Shown here: piece by piece, positions 1 to 11,890 of the stretch
How positions within the stretch are numbered: the first letter of the stretch is position 1
Layout: the number at the start of each line of letters is the position of its first letter
Assembly: GCA_965644295.1 (NCBI GenBank)
Contig: CBFFRP010000338.1
Span: 1-64,000, forward strand
DNA length: 64,000 nt
Direction of reading: 5' to 3'
Source of the DNA: Paraphysomonas bandaiensis
Taxonomy: Eukaryota > Protista > Chrysophyceae
Notes under the pieces: model-generated
What the model was told of the DNA's origin: nothing
Database searches by the model: none
Seen by the model: the letters and a program-made list of their open reading frames with translations, nothing else
Translations under genes and position numbers: made by a program

Positions 1-61
1 GGTACGACGACACGAACCTGTCTGCCATGAATGTCTGTTATGCTTGATTACATGTACGTAC

Positions 62-1099
62 GTATATATAATGGTTGCGGAAGGAAACCTGTGACTTCAA
101 CTCGCCTCAATAGCGGTGGCGACTGCTATTGGGACAGTGTCGTCATGAAAAGATGTGACCTTCCCAACCTTCATATGTTATACTTGTTTGTTCGGTCACC
201 TGTGATATCCACTCGTGTCAGTAGCGGTGGCGACTGCTATTGGCGCAGGGTTGTCATGAAAAGATGTCGACAGAACTTACTTGTATGTTATACTGTATAT
301 ATAATGGTTGCGGAAGGAAACCTGTGACTTCAACTCGCCTCAATAGCGGTGGCGACTGCTATTGGGACAGTGTCGTCATGAAAAGATGTGACCTTCCCAA
401 CCTTCATATGTTATACTTGTTTGTTCGGTCACCTGTGATATCCACTCGTGTCAGTAGCGGTGGCGACTGCTATTGGCGCAGGGTTGTCATGAAAAGATGT
501 CGACAGAACTTACTTGTATGTTATACTGTATATATAATGGTTGCGGAAGGAAACCTGTGACTTCAACTCGCCTCAATAGCGGTGGCGACTGCTATTGGGA
601 CAGTGTCGTCATGAAAAGATGTGACCTTCCCAACCTTCATATGTTATACTTGTTTGTTCGGTCACCTGTGATATCCACTCGTGTCAGTAGCGGTGGCGAC
701 TGCTATTGGCGCAGGGTTGTCATGAAAAGATGTCGACAGAACTTACTTGTATGTTATACTGTATATATAATGGTTGCGGAAGGAAACCTGTGACTTCAAC
801 TCGCCTCAATAGCGGTGGCGACTGCTATTGGGACAGTGTCGTCATGAAAAGATGTGACCTTCCCAACCTTCATATGTTATACTTGTTTGTTCGGTCACCT
901 GTGATATCCACTCGTGTCAGTAGCGGTGGCGACTGCTATTGGCGCAGGGTTGTCATGAAAAGATGTCGACAGAACTTACTTGTATGTTATACTGTATATA
1001 TAATGGTTGCGGAAGGAAACCTGTGACTTCAACTCGCCTCAATAGCGGTGGCGACTGCTATTGGGACAGTGTCGTCATGAAAAGATGTGACCTTCCCAA
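62..1099 (+). repeat. 233-bp tandem satellite (~4.5 apparently identical units); each unit is a dimer of two related hairpin-forming subunits A and B
   Basis: Identical ORFs recur at 240/473/706 and start again at 939 (period 233). The 70-nt cores ACCTGTGA...CATGAAAAGATGT at 87-156 (A) and 198-267 (B) are 60/70 identical. Confidence 0.97.
73..276 (+). ncRNA. Candidate structured RNA hairpins (first A and B subunits; 5 A and 4 B copies in the array), function unknown
   Basis: Long bulged stem-loop with compensatory pairs between A and B (C106-G133 vs G217-C244; A99-T138 vs C210-G249). G-U pairs favour the + strand, and each subunit has its own closing stem. No expression evidence. Confidence 0.35.
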
Positions 1100-1283
1100 T
1101 CTGCACGTGTTGCATCCGTGTATTCTGTGCCCATGGTCTTTTGCTTGCAGTAAAATACATATCTATTATAAATATACATTAACTATTGAAATATATTGTA
1201 CAGATATATTTACTATTAGCATGAAAGAACCAGTGCCATGTTGAAGACCTTTATGTCCGCCTGCTGCATGCATTATGTGGTAA

Positions 1284-4200
1284 GAGTGAGATGGTATAGT
1301 GTATATAGTTAGATGGTATAGGGATGTATAGTGAGATAGTATAGTGGCATATATTGAGATGGTATAGTGGTATATATTGATATGGTATAGTGGTATATAG
1401 TGATATGGTATAGTGGTATATTGTGAGATGGTATAGTGGTATATTGTGATATGGTATAGTGGTATATTGTGAGATGGTATAGTGGTATATTGTGAGATGG
1501 TATAGTGGTATATAGTGATATGGTATAGTGTTATATAGTGAGATGGTATAGTGGTATATAGTGGGATGGTATCTGCGTGTATTGTGAGATGGTACAATGG
1601 TTGTATAGTGAGATGGTATAGTGTATATAGTTAGATGGTATATGGGTGAATCGTAATATGGTATAGTGGCATATGGTGAGATGGTATAGTGATATGGTAT
1701 AGTAGTGGTATATAGTGAGATGGTATAGTGGTATATAGTGAGATGGTATAGTGGTGAATAGTAATATGGTGTAGGGATGTATAGTGAGATGGTATATTAG
1801 CATAGTTAGATGGCATAGTGATATATAGTTAGATGGTATAGTGCTATAATATAGTGAGATGGTATAGTGATGTATAGTGAGATAGTATAGTGACATATGG
1901 TGAGATGGTATAGTGGTATATAGTGAGATGGTATAGTGGTATATAGTGGGATGGTATCTGGGTATATAGTGAGATGGTACAGTGGTTGTATAGTGAGATG
2001 GTATAGTGGTATATTGTGAGATGGTATAGTGGTATATTGTGAGATGGTATAGTGGTATATAGTGATATGGTATAGTGTTATATAGTGAGATGGTATAGTG
2101 GTATATAGTGAGATGGTACAGTGGTTGTATAGTGCGATGGTACAGTGGTTGTATAGTGAGATGGTATAGTGTATATAGTTAGATGGTATATGGGTGAATC
2201 GTAATATGGTATAGTGGCATATGGTGAGATGGTATAGTGATATGGTATAGTAGTGGTATATAGTGAGATGGTATAGTGGTATATAGTGGGATGGTATAGT
2301 GGTGAATAGTAATATGGTGTAGGGATGTATAGTGAGATGGTATATTAGCATAGTTAGATGGCATAGTGATATAATATAGTGAGATGGTATAGTGATGTAT
2401 AGTGAGATAGTATAGTGACATATGGTGAGATGGTATAGTGGTATATAGTGAGATGGTATAGTGGTATATAGTGGGATGGTATCTGGGTGTATAGTGAGAT
2501 GGTACAGTGGTTGTATAGTGAGATGGTATCTGGATGTATAGTGAGATGGTATAGTGACATATGGTGAGATGGTATCGTGGTATATAGTGAGATGGTATAG
2601 TGGGATGGTATCTGGGTGTGTAGTGATATGGTACAGTGGTTGTATAGTGAGATGGTGTAGTGGTATATAGTGAGATGGTATATTAGCATAGTTAGATGGC
2701 ATAGTGATATATAGTTAGATGGTATAGTGGTATAATATAGTGAGATAGTATAGTGGCATATGGTGAGATGGTATAGTGATATATAGTGATATGGTATAGT
2801 AGTGGTATATAGTGAGATGGTATAGTGGTATATAGTGAGATGGTATAGTGGTATATAGTGGGATGGTATAGTGGTGAATAGTAATATGGTATCTGGATGT
2901 ATAGTGAGATGGTATATTAGCATAGTTAGATGGCATAGTGATATATAGTTAGATGGTGCAGTGGTTGTATAGTGAGATGGTATAGTGGTATATAGTGAGA
3001 TAGTATAGTGGTATATAGTGAGATGGTATAGTGATGTATAGTGAGATGGTATAGTGGTATAATATAGTGATGTATAGTGAGGTAGTATATGGGTGTATAG
3101 TGAAATATAAAAGAATATCTGATTATTACATGAGAACGGTTGCGTACAGAAACTAGTTTTACATCTATAGAATAACTAATAACTCGACTTACTATATACT
3201 ACTATTAGCGGGCTACCGTCTCGGGACTGCTTGTGCATCGCTGCGAGCACCATGGTTCAACCGTCCCTTGCAGTGAGGTTAATCGGGGGGTCTGCCTTTG
3301 GGCAGTGTGTCTGCCGGGCCTGTATCGTGAGTTTTACGGGGGATGGTTGGGGCTAGATGTATATGAGAGTGTAAGTCGGTGGTGTAGATGGTGCTCGTTG
3401 TCGAGGTGGGATTTCGACCACAAGTAAGGAGGAGTTGTTTCCGGAGTGGTGGTGCTTGTCTCTGTCGGGTTCGGACTCTTGCAGCGGATAGAATTCTTGG
3501 GGTGGATGTCGCTAGGAGTAGTTGGAGTATTTTTGGTGTCGGGTGAGTATCCTGCGACGGGCGTTGCTGTGAGTGTGGTGGGGTCGTAATCGGTGTTACT
3601 GATGCCGTGTCTGTGTTGTGATGTCTGAGACCTCTGTTTCGAAGCATGCGGAGCCCTCCACCATATAGGGGAAGGAGGATAGAGGTTACGGATTTTTCGA
3701 GAACGTGGAACTGATGTTCGAGCAGTGAGCTGGATATGTGGCGTCCGAATGCGTCGGTCAATTGTGTGGCAGTAATGTGGCCGGTCCAGTAGCGCTCAGC
3801 CTGGGGTGTGTGTGGATTCCATGCGGCTTTTGCTAGTTTGATTATGGCGGTGTGGAACCAGGGATGGGGGAGCGTGCGTGTGCGAAGTTTGTCGAACTTG
3901 TGGTGTGCTTGGTGAACATCTTCACGTATGTGAGTGAGGTCGGGGTGTGTGCAGGTGAGAAGCATGTGTGCCATGTTGTCGATTGGGAGTGCACAGTCTG
4001 CGCATGCTGAGGCCGTTGTTATGTGATCAGGCCCGGTTTTCCCTTTGGCTTGATTTCTGCCCATCGCGTATGATTTGTCCCATACGTAGGTGTATAGTGA
4101 AATGGTATATGGGTGTATAGTGAGATAGTGTAGTGATGTATAGTTAGGTGGTATAGTGGTATACAGTAGATAGTATAGTGGTATAATATAGTGGGATGGT

Positions 4201-4480
4201 ATAGTGATGCATAGTAATATGGTATGGGTGTATAGTGAGATGGTATATGGGTGTATAGTGAGATGGTATATGGGTGTATAGTGAGATAGTGTAGTGATGT
4301 ATAGTTAGGTGGTATAGTGGCATACAGTAGATGGTATAGTGGTATAATATAGTGGGATGGTATAGTGATGCATAGTAATATGGTATGGGTGTATAGTGAG
4401 ATGGTATATGGGTGTATAGTGAGATGGTATGTGGGTGTATTCTGAGATGGTGTAGTGGTGTTTAGTGAGATGGTTATAGT
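1284..4480. repeat. G/T-rich ~23-bp minisatellite (consensus TAGTGAGATGGTATAGTGGTATA) with a ~548-bp higher-order repeat, interrupted by a LINE fragment at 3107-4088
   Basis: Read directly. The + strand is almost C-free. Matching reverse ORFs end at 1631 and 2179 (offset 548). Confidence 0.95.
3107..4088 (-). mobile_element. 5'-truncated non-LTR retrotransposon (LINE): ORF2 C-terminus with a Cys/His zinc-binding region, plus 3' UTR
   Basis: ORF 3279-4064 contains CADC..DNMAHMLLTC and is open up to the insertion edge. It is flanked by a 15-bp direct repeat GGTGTATAGTGAAAT (3092-3106, 4089-4103), a variant of the surrounding minisatellite unit. Confidence 0.85.
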
Positions 4481-4711
4481 TCATACTTGTGAACTGTATG
4501 TAATATATATGTGTAGTCGGTGACTTTTATTGCTGTAAAACTGAAGTAATATGGAAGAAATTAGTAAAAAATATTATAAATAATACTCTTCACACTGTTA
4601 TTAACTTCATAGTTACTTATTGTGCATAGTTATACCCTTTTCCGACCATCACCAAAAATTTCACCAGGTTTTACATCAAAACCCAGGTTTTGGTATTACC
4701 TCGACTTTGTG

Positions 4712-4895
4712 TAGACGTCTTTGGACCCTGACGAATAAACAGGCATCCGGGAATGGGCCCACATAAATAGTAGGATAAAAAAAGTGTGTACTGATTAGTT
4801 ACAGGTAGAGGTCTAACTAGTTTGTCTAGCATTCATCTAGCTACTAAGTTGGTGCAGGTTTTTAACGCCTATTGCTTATAATAAGACTTTCAATA
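4712..4895 (+). mobile_element. Fragment of the SINE-like family (GC-rich body plus LINE-type 3' tail)
   Basis: 4712-4762 matches the reverse complement of 16025-16078 and 47720-47775. 4765-4895 matches the LINE 3' UTR at 34380-34506. Confidence 0.6.
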
Positions 4896-4899
4896 TACG

Positions 4900-5560
4900 A
4901 CTAAAAATCATCTCAGCAACATTAGATTGTGCTTCGATATGACGCAAGATTCATAGGTAATGAGTCTAACACGCTGTGCAAAGTTAGTTCCTTCTTTACC
5001 TTTTTCGTCATGATTGCTGTCACAGAAGCATATTATCATCAATTGATTAAACTAGTTGCAGATGTGTAACCGATCTTTTTTCATTGCTTGTCAGTTTGCT
5101 TCCATCATTGTTTACCTGAATTTTAGCTACTGTCTCTCAAAGCACTGGCAACAATGCTTGCATTCGGACAGCAACAGGTTATAAATATGTCATCATAGTC
5201 GTCACAGAGATGTGTTCAAAATTAGTGTTCTTTCAAACATACTTGTTCTCGTTGCAGTAGAAAACAAACATAGAGAATGTCCCGCTGTTCATGACAGTTA
5301 TTTCCAGCCGTAGAAATAAATTAATCGCAGCAGGATTCGTATGAACATTTCTACAGTTTCCTCAGAAAATAAAAGAGATACTATATATATACTATATACA
5401 CTATATCTTAAAAGTAATTAATTCATTTGCATATACCATACTATATCACTATATCAGCACCATTAAATTCCATTAATGGGTCCATAGCTCCCCGCAATTA
5501 TAGTACCTAATATGGCCCACCGATGATAATATTGCAATATATGTTTACTCCCCCTAACCT
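4900..5560 (-). mobile_element. Degenerate hAT-derived relic
   Basis: 4908-4970 resembles the hAT C-terminal relic at 10535-10610. The CCATTAATGG subterminal motif at 5460-5500 resembles 10200-10245. Confidence 0.45.
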
Positions 5561-5864
5561 CTAACTAATGCTATATTTCTTTTCTGTTATCATCTCTTCA
5601 AATCCTATTAAAATAAGCACTTAAGTGTTTCGTAGGTCTTCTATACTAATGCAAGCAACTGTGGCCATTATATAGTCATCACGTAAGTACACACACCCTG
5701 CACAAAACAATACACTGGAAAAGGGCATGGCTTTTTATCGCTATAATACATAGCCACAATACCTCCCAGATAACTACGTACTAGCACACAATCTACAAAT
5801 CAAAACTGAAAGCACGACAACATTCGTTATGAGATCGAAAGATCTGCCACTAAAATTGCACTGT

Positions 5865-6710
5865 TTAATAGTAGGAGTTGTAGTAGCCTCTACCGCCGGA
5901 TCGCCCCCCTCTAATGTAACAACCACGCCCACGACCTCGCCCCCTCAGAGGCCCACGGCCTCGTCCACGCCCACGACCTCGACCGCCTCGAACTGGAATG
6001 TTGTGTCTCTTGGGAAGAACCTACAATTCATCAACATTAGGCTATAATATGAGAATACACCTATGAAGTTTGAATAGTAAATAAACATGGTGGGCACAAC
6101 AACCGACATGACTCAGCACATGGAATCTGCAGTGATATACCTTAAGCTGTCGACCTGAGAAGGTGGAGTCGTCTAATCGCAATGCATTTTCAACAGAGGC
6201 TTTATCATAAAACTCAACGTAAGCAAATCTGTCACGATTTCATGATACGTTATGTCGTGCCGTAAATTCTATCATACCCTTTCGCATGACCAGTAAATTT
6301 ATCACAGAGTATAGTCACTCTCTTTATCGTACCACATGGGGTAAAATGTCCTCGAAGCTCATCAGTGGTAGCTTCATAATCAACCTGGCCGACATATCTG
6401 AAATATATCTAGTCATCGAAGTAGCAGATCTAAGCATAGTGCAATTACACTGAATTTTCGTCAATGCCGTCTGCTGCATTATTTATCTGTTTCTCCACTT
6501 GCTGTTGTAGTTGCGTTAATTTCTCTTGTTCTTGTTCCATTTCTTGCACACGTCTTTCATTTCCTCGAGTTCAGGGTCATCATCCTCGTTATCTTGCTCT
6601 ACACCTTCGTCCACCCCGTATAATTCTTCGTCATCAAGCTGACCTTCATACTCCTCTGTGTCTGGAAGGTGCTCTTCATCTGCTTTCACGTTCTCTGACG
6701 TGAGCGGCAT
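5865..6710 (-). CDS. PABPN1: Nuclear poly(A)-binding protein PABPN1/PABN; 4 exons; apparent 1-nt frameshift near 6555
   Basis: Spliced translation gives [33 protein letters not shown] (coiled coil), [51 protein letters not shown], and an RG-rich tail ending RGYYNSYY*. Introns are GT-AG. Largely missed by the ORF track. Confidence 0.93.
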
Positions 6711-7209
6711 CACTCTCTAAAACTCAGAGTTCGAAACGGTTTGTAATTCTTTGAAGAGTGATTATCAGCACACAAGAGGTAGAGGTCGATAATTCAAGAA
6801 GAAAACAAGAATGATGGTTGTCTAGCTTCCAAGGCCACAATGATCACTGTTTCCTTTTTTTTGCTACCAGAAGCAGTATACCGGTGGTATACGGTATTCT
6901 GGTTTATGAAGCAAGAAACCCCACAAAAGTAGTATTTCGCGCAGTTCTGTAGGTACAAGTAGAAGTCCGGAAGACAACAACGACTCTCCTCCCTGGAGTT
7001 GAAAGGACAGCGCAGGGTATTCTATTCCATATCTAGATAATAGCTATCGATGCACTGATCGTGTTTTTTTTGCTTCTATATTACTCACTCATCATACTTC
7101 CAACACTTTGCGTCGAATGTGCTCCATGCCTTAAAAGTGGAATCTACGTCTCAAGTTAGGTGCTGCTTTACTTTTTTGTGTCTTTTCTCTGCTCTGATTT
7201 AACACCACT

Positions 7210-8193
7210 ATGCAATCAAAGCCCCTCGTTTGTGTCAATATAATTGAGGGCAGATACCTCAAAAACACACAGATATTCGGTAAACAGAGTCCTTATGTAA
7301 TCGTGTGCGTGTCATCATCTCCTCGAATTACATTGAAAACGCGGACATACTGCGATGGTGGAGAAAGGGCAATATGGAACGAGGAGAAACTACTACCAGC
7401 TGATATGAAAAAAGATTCAATCTTAGTTACAGTTAAAAATGCGAAGAAGGAGGCTACAATTGGCCGCTTGAGAATAGCCTGCTCTGAGATCCCTGACCAG
7501 CACGTTCAGGGTTGGCACACAATCTATGACAGTGGTGGATCTCCTGCTGGGGAATTGCTTCTTAGTGTGAGTGTAAGCCTACAACAACTGCATACTACTT
7601 TAAGCGAACCTAGTATACCAACTGCAGTTGCTGTTCAAGGCGCGACCAGTAGCATGAAACAGCAGTCGTCGATTGGCGAGTTTTTGCAGCCAGCCTGTGG
7701 TACAGCTCATTCTTCTAAATATTCAATTATTGGAGGTTTCCAACAGCCGTCTACTGGAACAGTGCAACACCCTTTGGGAGGGTTTCGCACAGTTTCGAAC
7801 TATGCTCCGGGTGGTGTGAACGCTCAGAAAAGTACGTATTCTGGGATGATTACCCCACACTCTGTACCAGGCAACTCTGAAGGTGAAACAGGTGGGACTG
7901 CCCAACCAAATGCATGCTTGCGCGGCCCCTATGTACCACAGACCAATGCAGCGGCAGGTGGTCATACTCTATATGACACACAGTCAATTTCACATTCGGA
8001 ATACACAACTATGAATAGCGCGCAAACTTCTGTGCAGTCAGTTCCGCTGCCTACGCCACCTTCTATGACAAACAATGAACCCACCACCCTGACCCACCTT
8101 CCTCCAGGATGGGAAATGCGCACAACCCCTGATGGAAGGCCCTACTATGTCGATCACAACAGCCGAAGCACTACATGGCATCGACCGTTGTGA
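7210..8193 (+). CDS. C2 domain plus C-terminal WW domain protein (327 aa, intronless)
   Basis: N-terminal C2-like [22 protein letters not shown]...AIWNEE; Ser/Thr/Pro/Gly linker; canonical [32 protein letters not shown]. Confidence 0.9.
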   Translation: MQSKPLVCVNIIEGRYLKNTQIFGKQSPYVIVCVSSSPRITLKTRTYCDGGERAIWNEEKLLPADMKKDSILVTVKNAKKEATIGRLRIACSEIPDQHVQGWHTIYDSGGSPAGELLLSVSVSLQQLHTTLSEPSIPTAVAVQGATSSMKQQSSIGEFLQPACGTAHSSKYSIIGGFQQPSTGTVQHPLGGFRTVSNYAPGGVNAQKSTYSGMITPHSVPGNSEGETGGTAQPNACLRGPYVPQTNAAAGGHTLYDTQSISHSEYTTMNSAQTSVQSVPLPTPPSMTNNEPTTLTHLPPGWEMRTTPDGRPYYVDHNSRSTTWHRPL

Positions 8194-8594
8194 TGATATT
8201 ATTTTGTAATAGTCACTACTATAGACTTTTAGCTTTATTTATTTCAATTCTGATTATTGCTGTTGGATTCCGCCCTTCCGTTGCATTTCTAGCCATTAGA
8301 TGTTATATCGACGTTGATGTCACGTGCTGTACACTGGTAAGTAAGGTATCGCATGTATTCTTCTCCTTTGTTCCTATTGTTGTACTTCTCTAGTGCATAC
8401 TTTCAGCATAAATAAAAAACTATATGCTACTTGTATAGCTGAATCAAGTACTAGCTGAATGTTTCTAAATGTGATATAGTACCTTACCGCATACCCCCCT
8501 ATCCGCCATCGTCTGATTTCGGAGTCATGGGATGTATATAATATAAAACCCAACCTCGTTAAGTAGATAACGATTTTCGTCACAAATATTAATT

Positions 8595-10028
8595 GGGAAA
8601 TATTATCCAACCTAGTCAAATTGGTGCAATTTCCTAGTCACTTTATTTGTGGTGTAAATACCTAGTCAAGTAATTAATGAATCAACCTAGTCAATTTTAG
8701 TTATAAATCTAGTCATAATTTGTGCTCGTATATAACTACATAACTACGCATTACAGAACGATGAAGTCACACAGCTGGTAAAGTGAAACCAACGCAGTAT
8801 AAATCAGGTCAAAGCAAAGTTAGATTACAGAAAAAGAGATATTTTATAGTAGAATAGACAGGACTCCACTCTTCTTCGTTCTCTGTACAGAACATTCATA
8901 TATTTCTTCAAGTTCCCTTCGAACCAAACGTTATAAAATCTTGCCGTCTGGGGGGTTATCAGTGTCACTTATGTTTATATCAATTACAATGCACAAATAT
9001 GACAACAATATGCAGCGACCTCACACTGAAATATATATGACAACATACTGAAATATGATTGGTTATGAAACCAAACCGCATCTTGAAAGGATATGCAGTT
9101 CGTTTGATACATCGTAGCTGAAAGATTCTGCCTATCCAAGATACTTGCTCTCTACCATTCAAAATGTTACTGTTTCGGAGATCATCTAAAGAAGCACCCA
9201 AATACTAATAAGAAGTATACATTATTATTGAAGAAGTGTAGCTTATATCATATAATACATATAGCTTACTACTCATGGAGTCCTCCACAGGCAGTTGTCA
9301 GAGTCTAAAAAAGGAAGAAGAAGATTATTTGATCAAAGAGGTAGTTGACAGAACTCCAGATAAATCATCAGATCTTCCAAGTTGCTTGGATAAACGACCA
9401 TTTCTATCTTGGATAAAATAGAAAAAGCGGTCCCCTCGCAATGCAGACAATAGTCCCTTGATGTCATGACCCTCAAGCCAGGGAACTGGAAATATTCTTA
9501 CGTTGTTACGTTCGCCATCCGTATTACCTGAATGGCATTTGCGTTGATTACCGCGTAGTGCCGAATTACAATACTCAAAATCTCCTTTGATGATGGCAGT
9601 GTCGGTTCTCGGATGCCCCTCTGATGACATCTTTCCCCATTCCTAAGATTGTTGGGTTCGATGCCCATGAAATAAAGGGGGCTGTAGAAGGACTTGATTG
9701 GTCACGAGAAACTGCCCAATTCTCGTTTGATTGCGAAGATGAAATGTGATATATTATATTGAATGTGTACAATGGTTACATTTTTTCATTAATTATTATT
9801 GATGGCTAGAGTATGCTCTCATGTTTGAGTGAAAGTTACTATATATTTGACTAGGTGAATACTCTAAAACACCTCTCTAGTCGACCTAATCAACCTAGTC
9901 ATTATTGTAAACTGTAAATATGAATTTTTGAATGCTTGACTATAGGTTATTACACCAAAAATAGTGTGACTATGAAGAAGTTACACCAAACTGACTATAG
10001 GTTGAATAGTAGTATTTTAGTAGATCTC
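8595..10028 (+). mobile_element. Non-autonomous Mutator-like (MULE) element, copy 1
   Basis: Ends GGGAAATATTATCCAACCTAGTCAA...TAGATCTC with multiple ACCTAGTCA/TGACTAGGT subterminal repeats. Decayed transposase 3' end at ~9455-9750. Imperfect 9-bp flanks ATATTAATT/GAATTAATT. Confidence 0.8.
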
Positions 10029-10092
10029 GAATTAATTAATTATTTGAGGTCAAAAATGAGTGCTTTATGAGGCTAATATGATACACAAGGAT

Positions 10093-11890
10093 CGGGGCTG
10101 CGTATATCAATTAATTTTTGTCACTTAATTGACACAGGTTGTAGCAAATTATAATTGCAATAATTATTTAGTACTAATTAGCTCAGGGCCTGCTGGTAAC
10201 CATTAATGGCCCATTAATGGTAGTCCAGTTCTTCCCGGCAATTATGTAGGCATTATATTGAAAATATCCCTGCAATTATAATGGCCATTAATACCTAAAA
10301 GTAGATAATACTGCTCATATAGGCACTAATTTAGTGTATTAACAGACTGCGAATCCTAAATACTTCTAGCTATCCACTGGCACATCAGGATCTTCTTTTG
10401 CAGGGCTTCATGGAGGGCATAAGCTTTCCACTACATGAAATAAATGGCTCGTAGGAATAACAACGATTCTAGAGGATATATATGGGTTCATGTAACTACG
10501 CTCAGGTGTCATAATCAATTTTGCACGACTACAGAGCCTCTCAACAACAACATTAGATTATGCATTGATATGAAGCAAGCAGCGGTAGCTGGACTCATAG
10601 GTACCAAGTCGAGCTCTCTTTTAGTGACGTCGGCGCTGTCCAGAATTTTTGTCGTGTGATTGCTGTCGGATGAGAGCAAACGGGCATTCTTTCATCAAGA
10701 AATGTCAGTTTGCTCGCTCAGTGTGTCAGAAAACAAACATAAAGCTCGAATGAAGGAAGATGGCTCAGTGGTCCTGGAAGAATACTCTGTACAACATTAA
10801 GTAAACAATATAATGCAAACGTGGGAAAAAAAATCCCACGTTTTTGACGTACATTCCTTGTTAAAACTATCTAGTTACTAGAGTGCTAATAAATAGTTCT
10901 CTGCATTTGTATTGATATATTATTGACTACTATTGCAAATTAATATTATTTTCAGTATAAAAATGGGCTCAACTAACCGTTTGATTGCTATATACGTGAA
11001 TGAGCTACAAACAAGTTCTAGCTAGTCATTGCATAAACATAACACCACATAATTATTGAAAAGAAGAGCAATAAACATACAATGCACACTCTACTCTTCT
11101 CTATATTTCAATAACATTCTACAGAATTCCTTGCTCTTTTCCTTCCGGTTCTGATGCTCGAGGAGCTGGGCTTCAGCTTTGAAGTTGTCACGTTCATAAG
11201 CCAACAACTTTTCTTGACCATCATCGTTACTTAAAATATAATATGAGATAAATAAATAGTATAATTATTTTGTTTAGTTGTGTACTGCAGCTTCTTTCAA
11301 CTTTGGGAGAAAAGAATATTTTCATGAATGTTTGTTTCTAAGTGATAAAATATGCATACTTTCAATACTTTTTTAGAGTTTTTGAGTAAGAGTAGGTTGC
11401 TACGTTGTTGTTGCTCAGGAAACTATTTTCTAACTCTTATATAGCATTAAGTTGGCCGCTGATAATGAACAAAATCGCCACAAAGTAGCTGTAGAGTTGC
11501 ATGAACATCGTTTAACATATATATATATATTATATATTCTATATAATATAGTGCCATTAGTGGTACATTAATAGTAGTCCAGTTCCCGGCAATTTTAATT
11601 CCAATACCATTAACGGTTCCCAGGCCCAATATAGCTACCTCAACTGTCATTTCATGCGTAAAAACAAAAGTATTACTCTTGCGCATATCAGTCATAACAA
11701 TCTTAGCTCTACTGAACAACCTTTCAACCCTATTGGTGGTGGCATGAAAGTGCTTTATGCTGCGGTAACGAGTTTGCTGATTAAAAAGGGCGTGCTCGCT
11801 TTCCTGTTACCATGAATCTAACGTTGCGCTGCGCCGTCATTCTGAACTAGACTCTCACTGTCATCATTTTCTTCATCCTCATATTTTTAT
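10093..11890 (-). mobile_element. Degenerate hAT relic with a second hAT relic nested at ~10184-11627
   Basis: End CGGGGCTGCGTA matches TACGCAGCCCTG at 30688 and 48484. Relic peptides LFSRAKIVMTDMRKS and SNVVVERLCSRAKLIMT resemble the hAT motif SNTCERLFSAAKLII. The nested copy has imperfect TIRs CAGGGCCTG..AACCATTAATGG / CCATTAACGGTTCCCAGGCCC. Confidence 0.7.

Noticed and set aside
87-267. Hammerhead or SECIS reading of the hairpins (CTGTGA..GAAA on +; ATGAC-11 nt-AA on -)
   Set aside because: The CUGANGA core is incomplete and there is no helix III/NUH. For SECIS, the ATGA is sequestered by Watson-Crick pairing, helix II is poor and no selenoprotein ORF was seen. SECISearch would settle it.
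31-1244. Repeated ~100-aa ORFs, and a CRISPR-like look of the 233-bp array
   Set aside because: The period is not a multiple of 3, so the ORFs are by-products. Spacers are not unique (two alternate), no cas genes are present, and the context is eukaryotic.
1166-2936. His/Tyr/Thr/Ile-rich ORFs
   Set aside because: Translations of the 23-bp minisatellite.
4720-4765. Hammerhead-like CTGACGA..GAA in the SINE-like body
   Set aside because: The core C is not conserved in other copies (TTGACGA, GTGACGA), and there is no proper GAAA/NUH.
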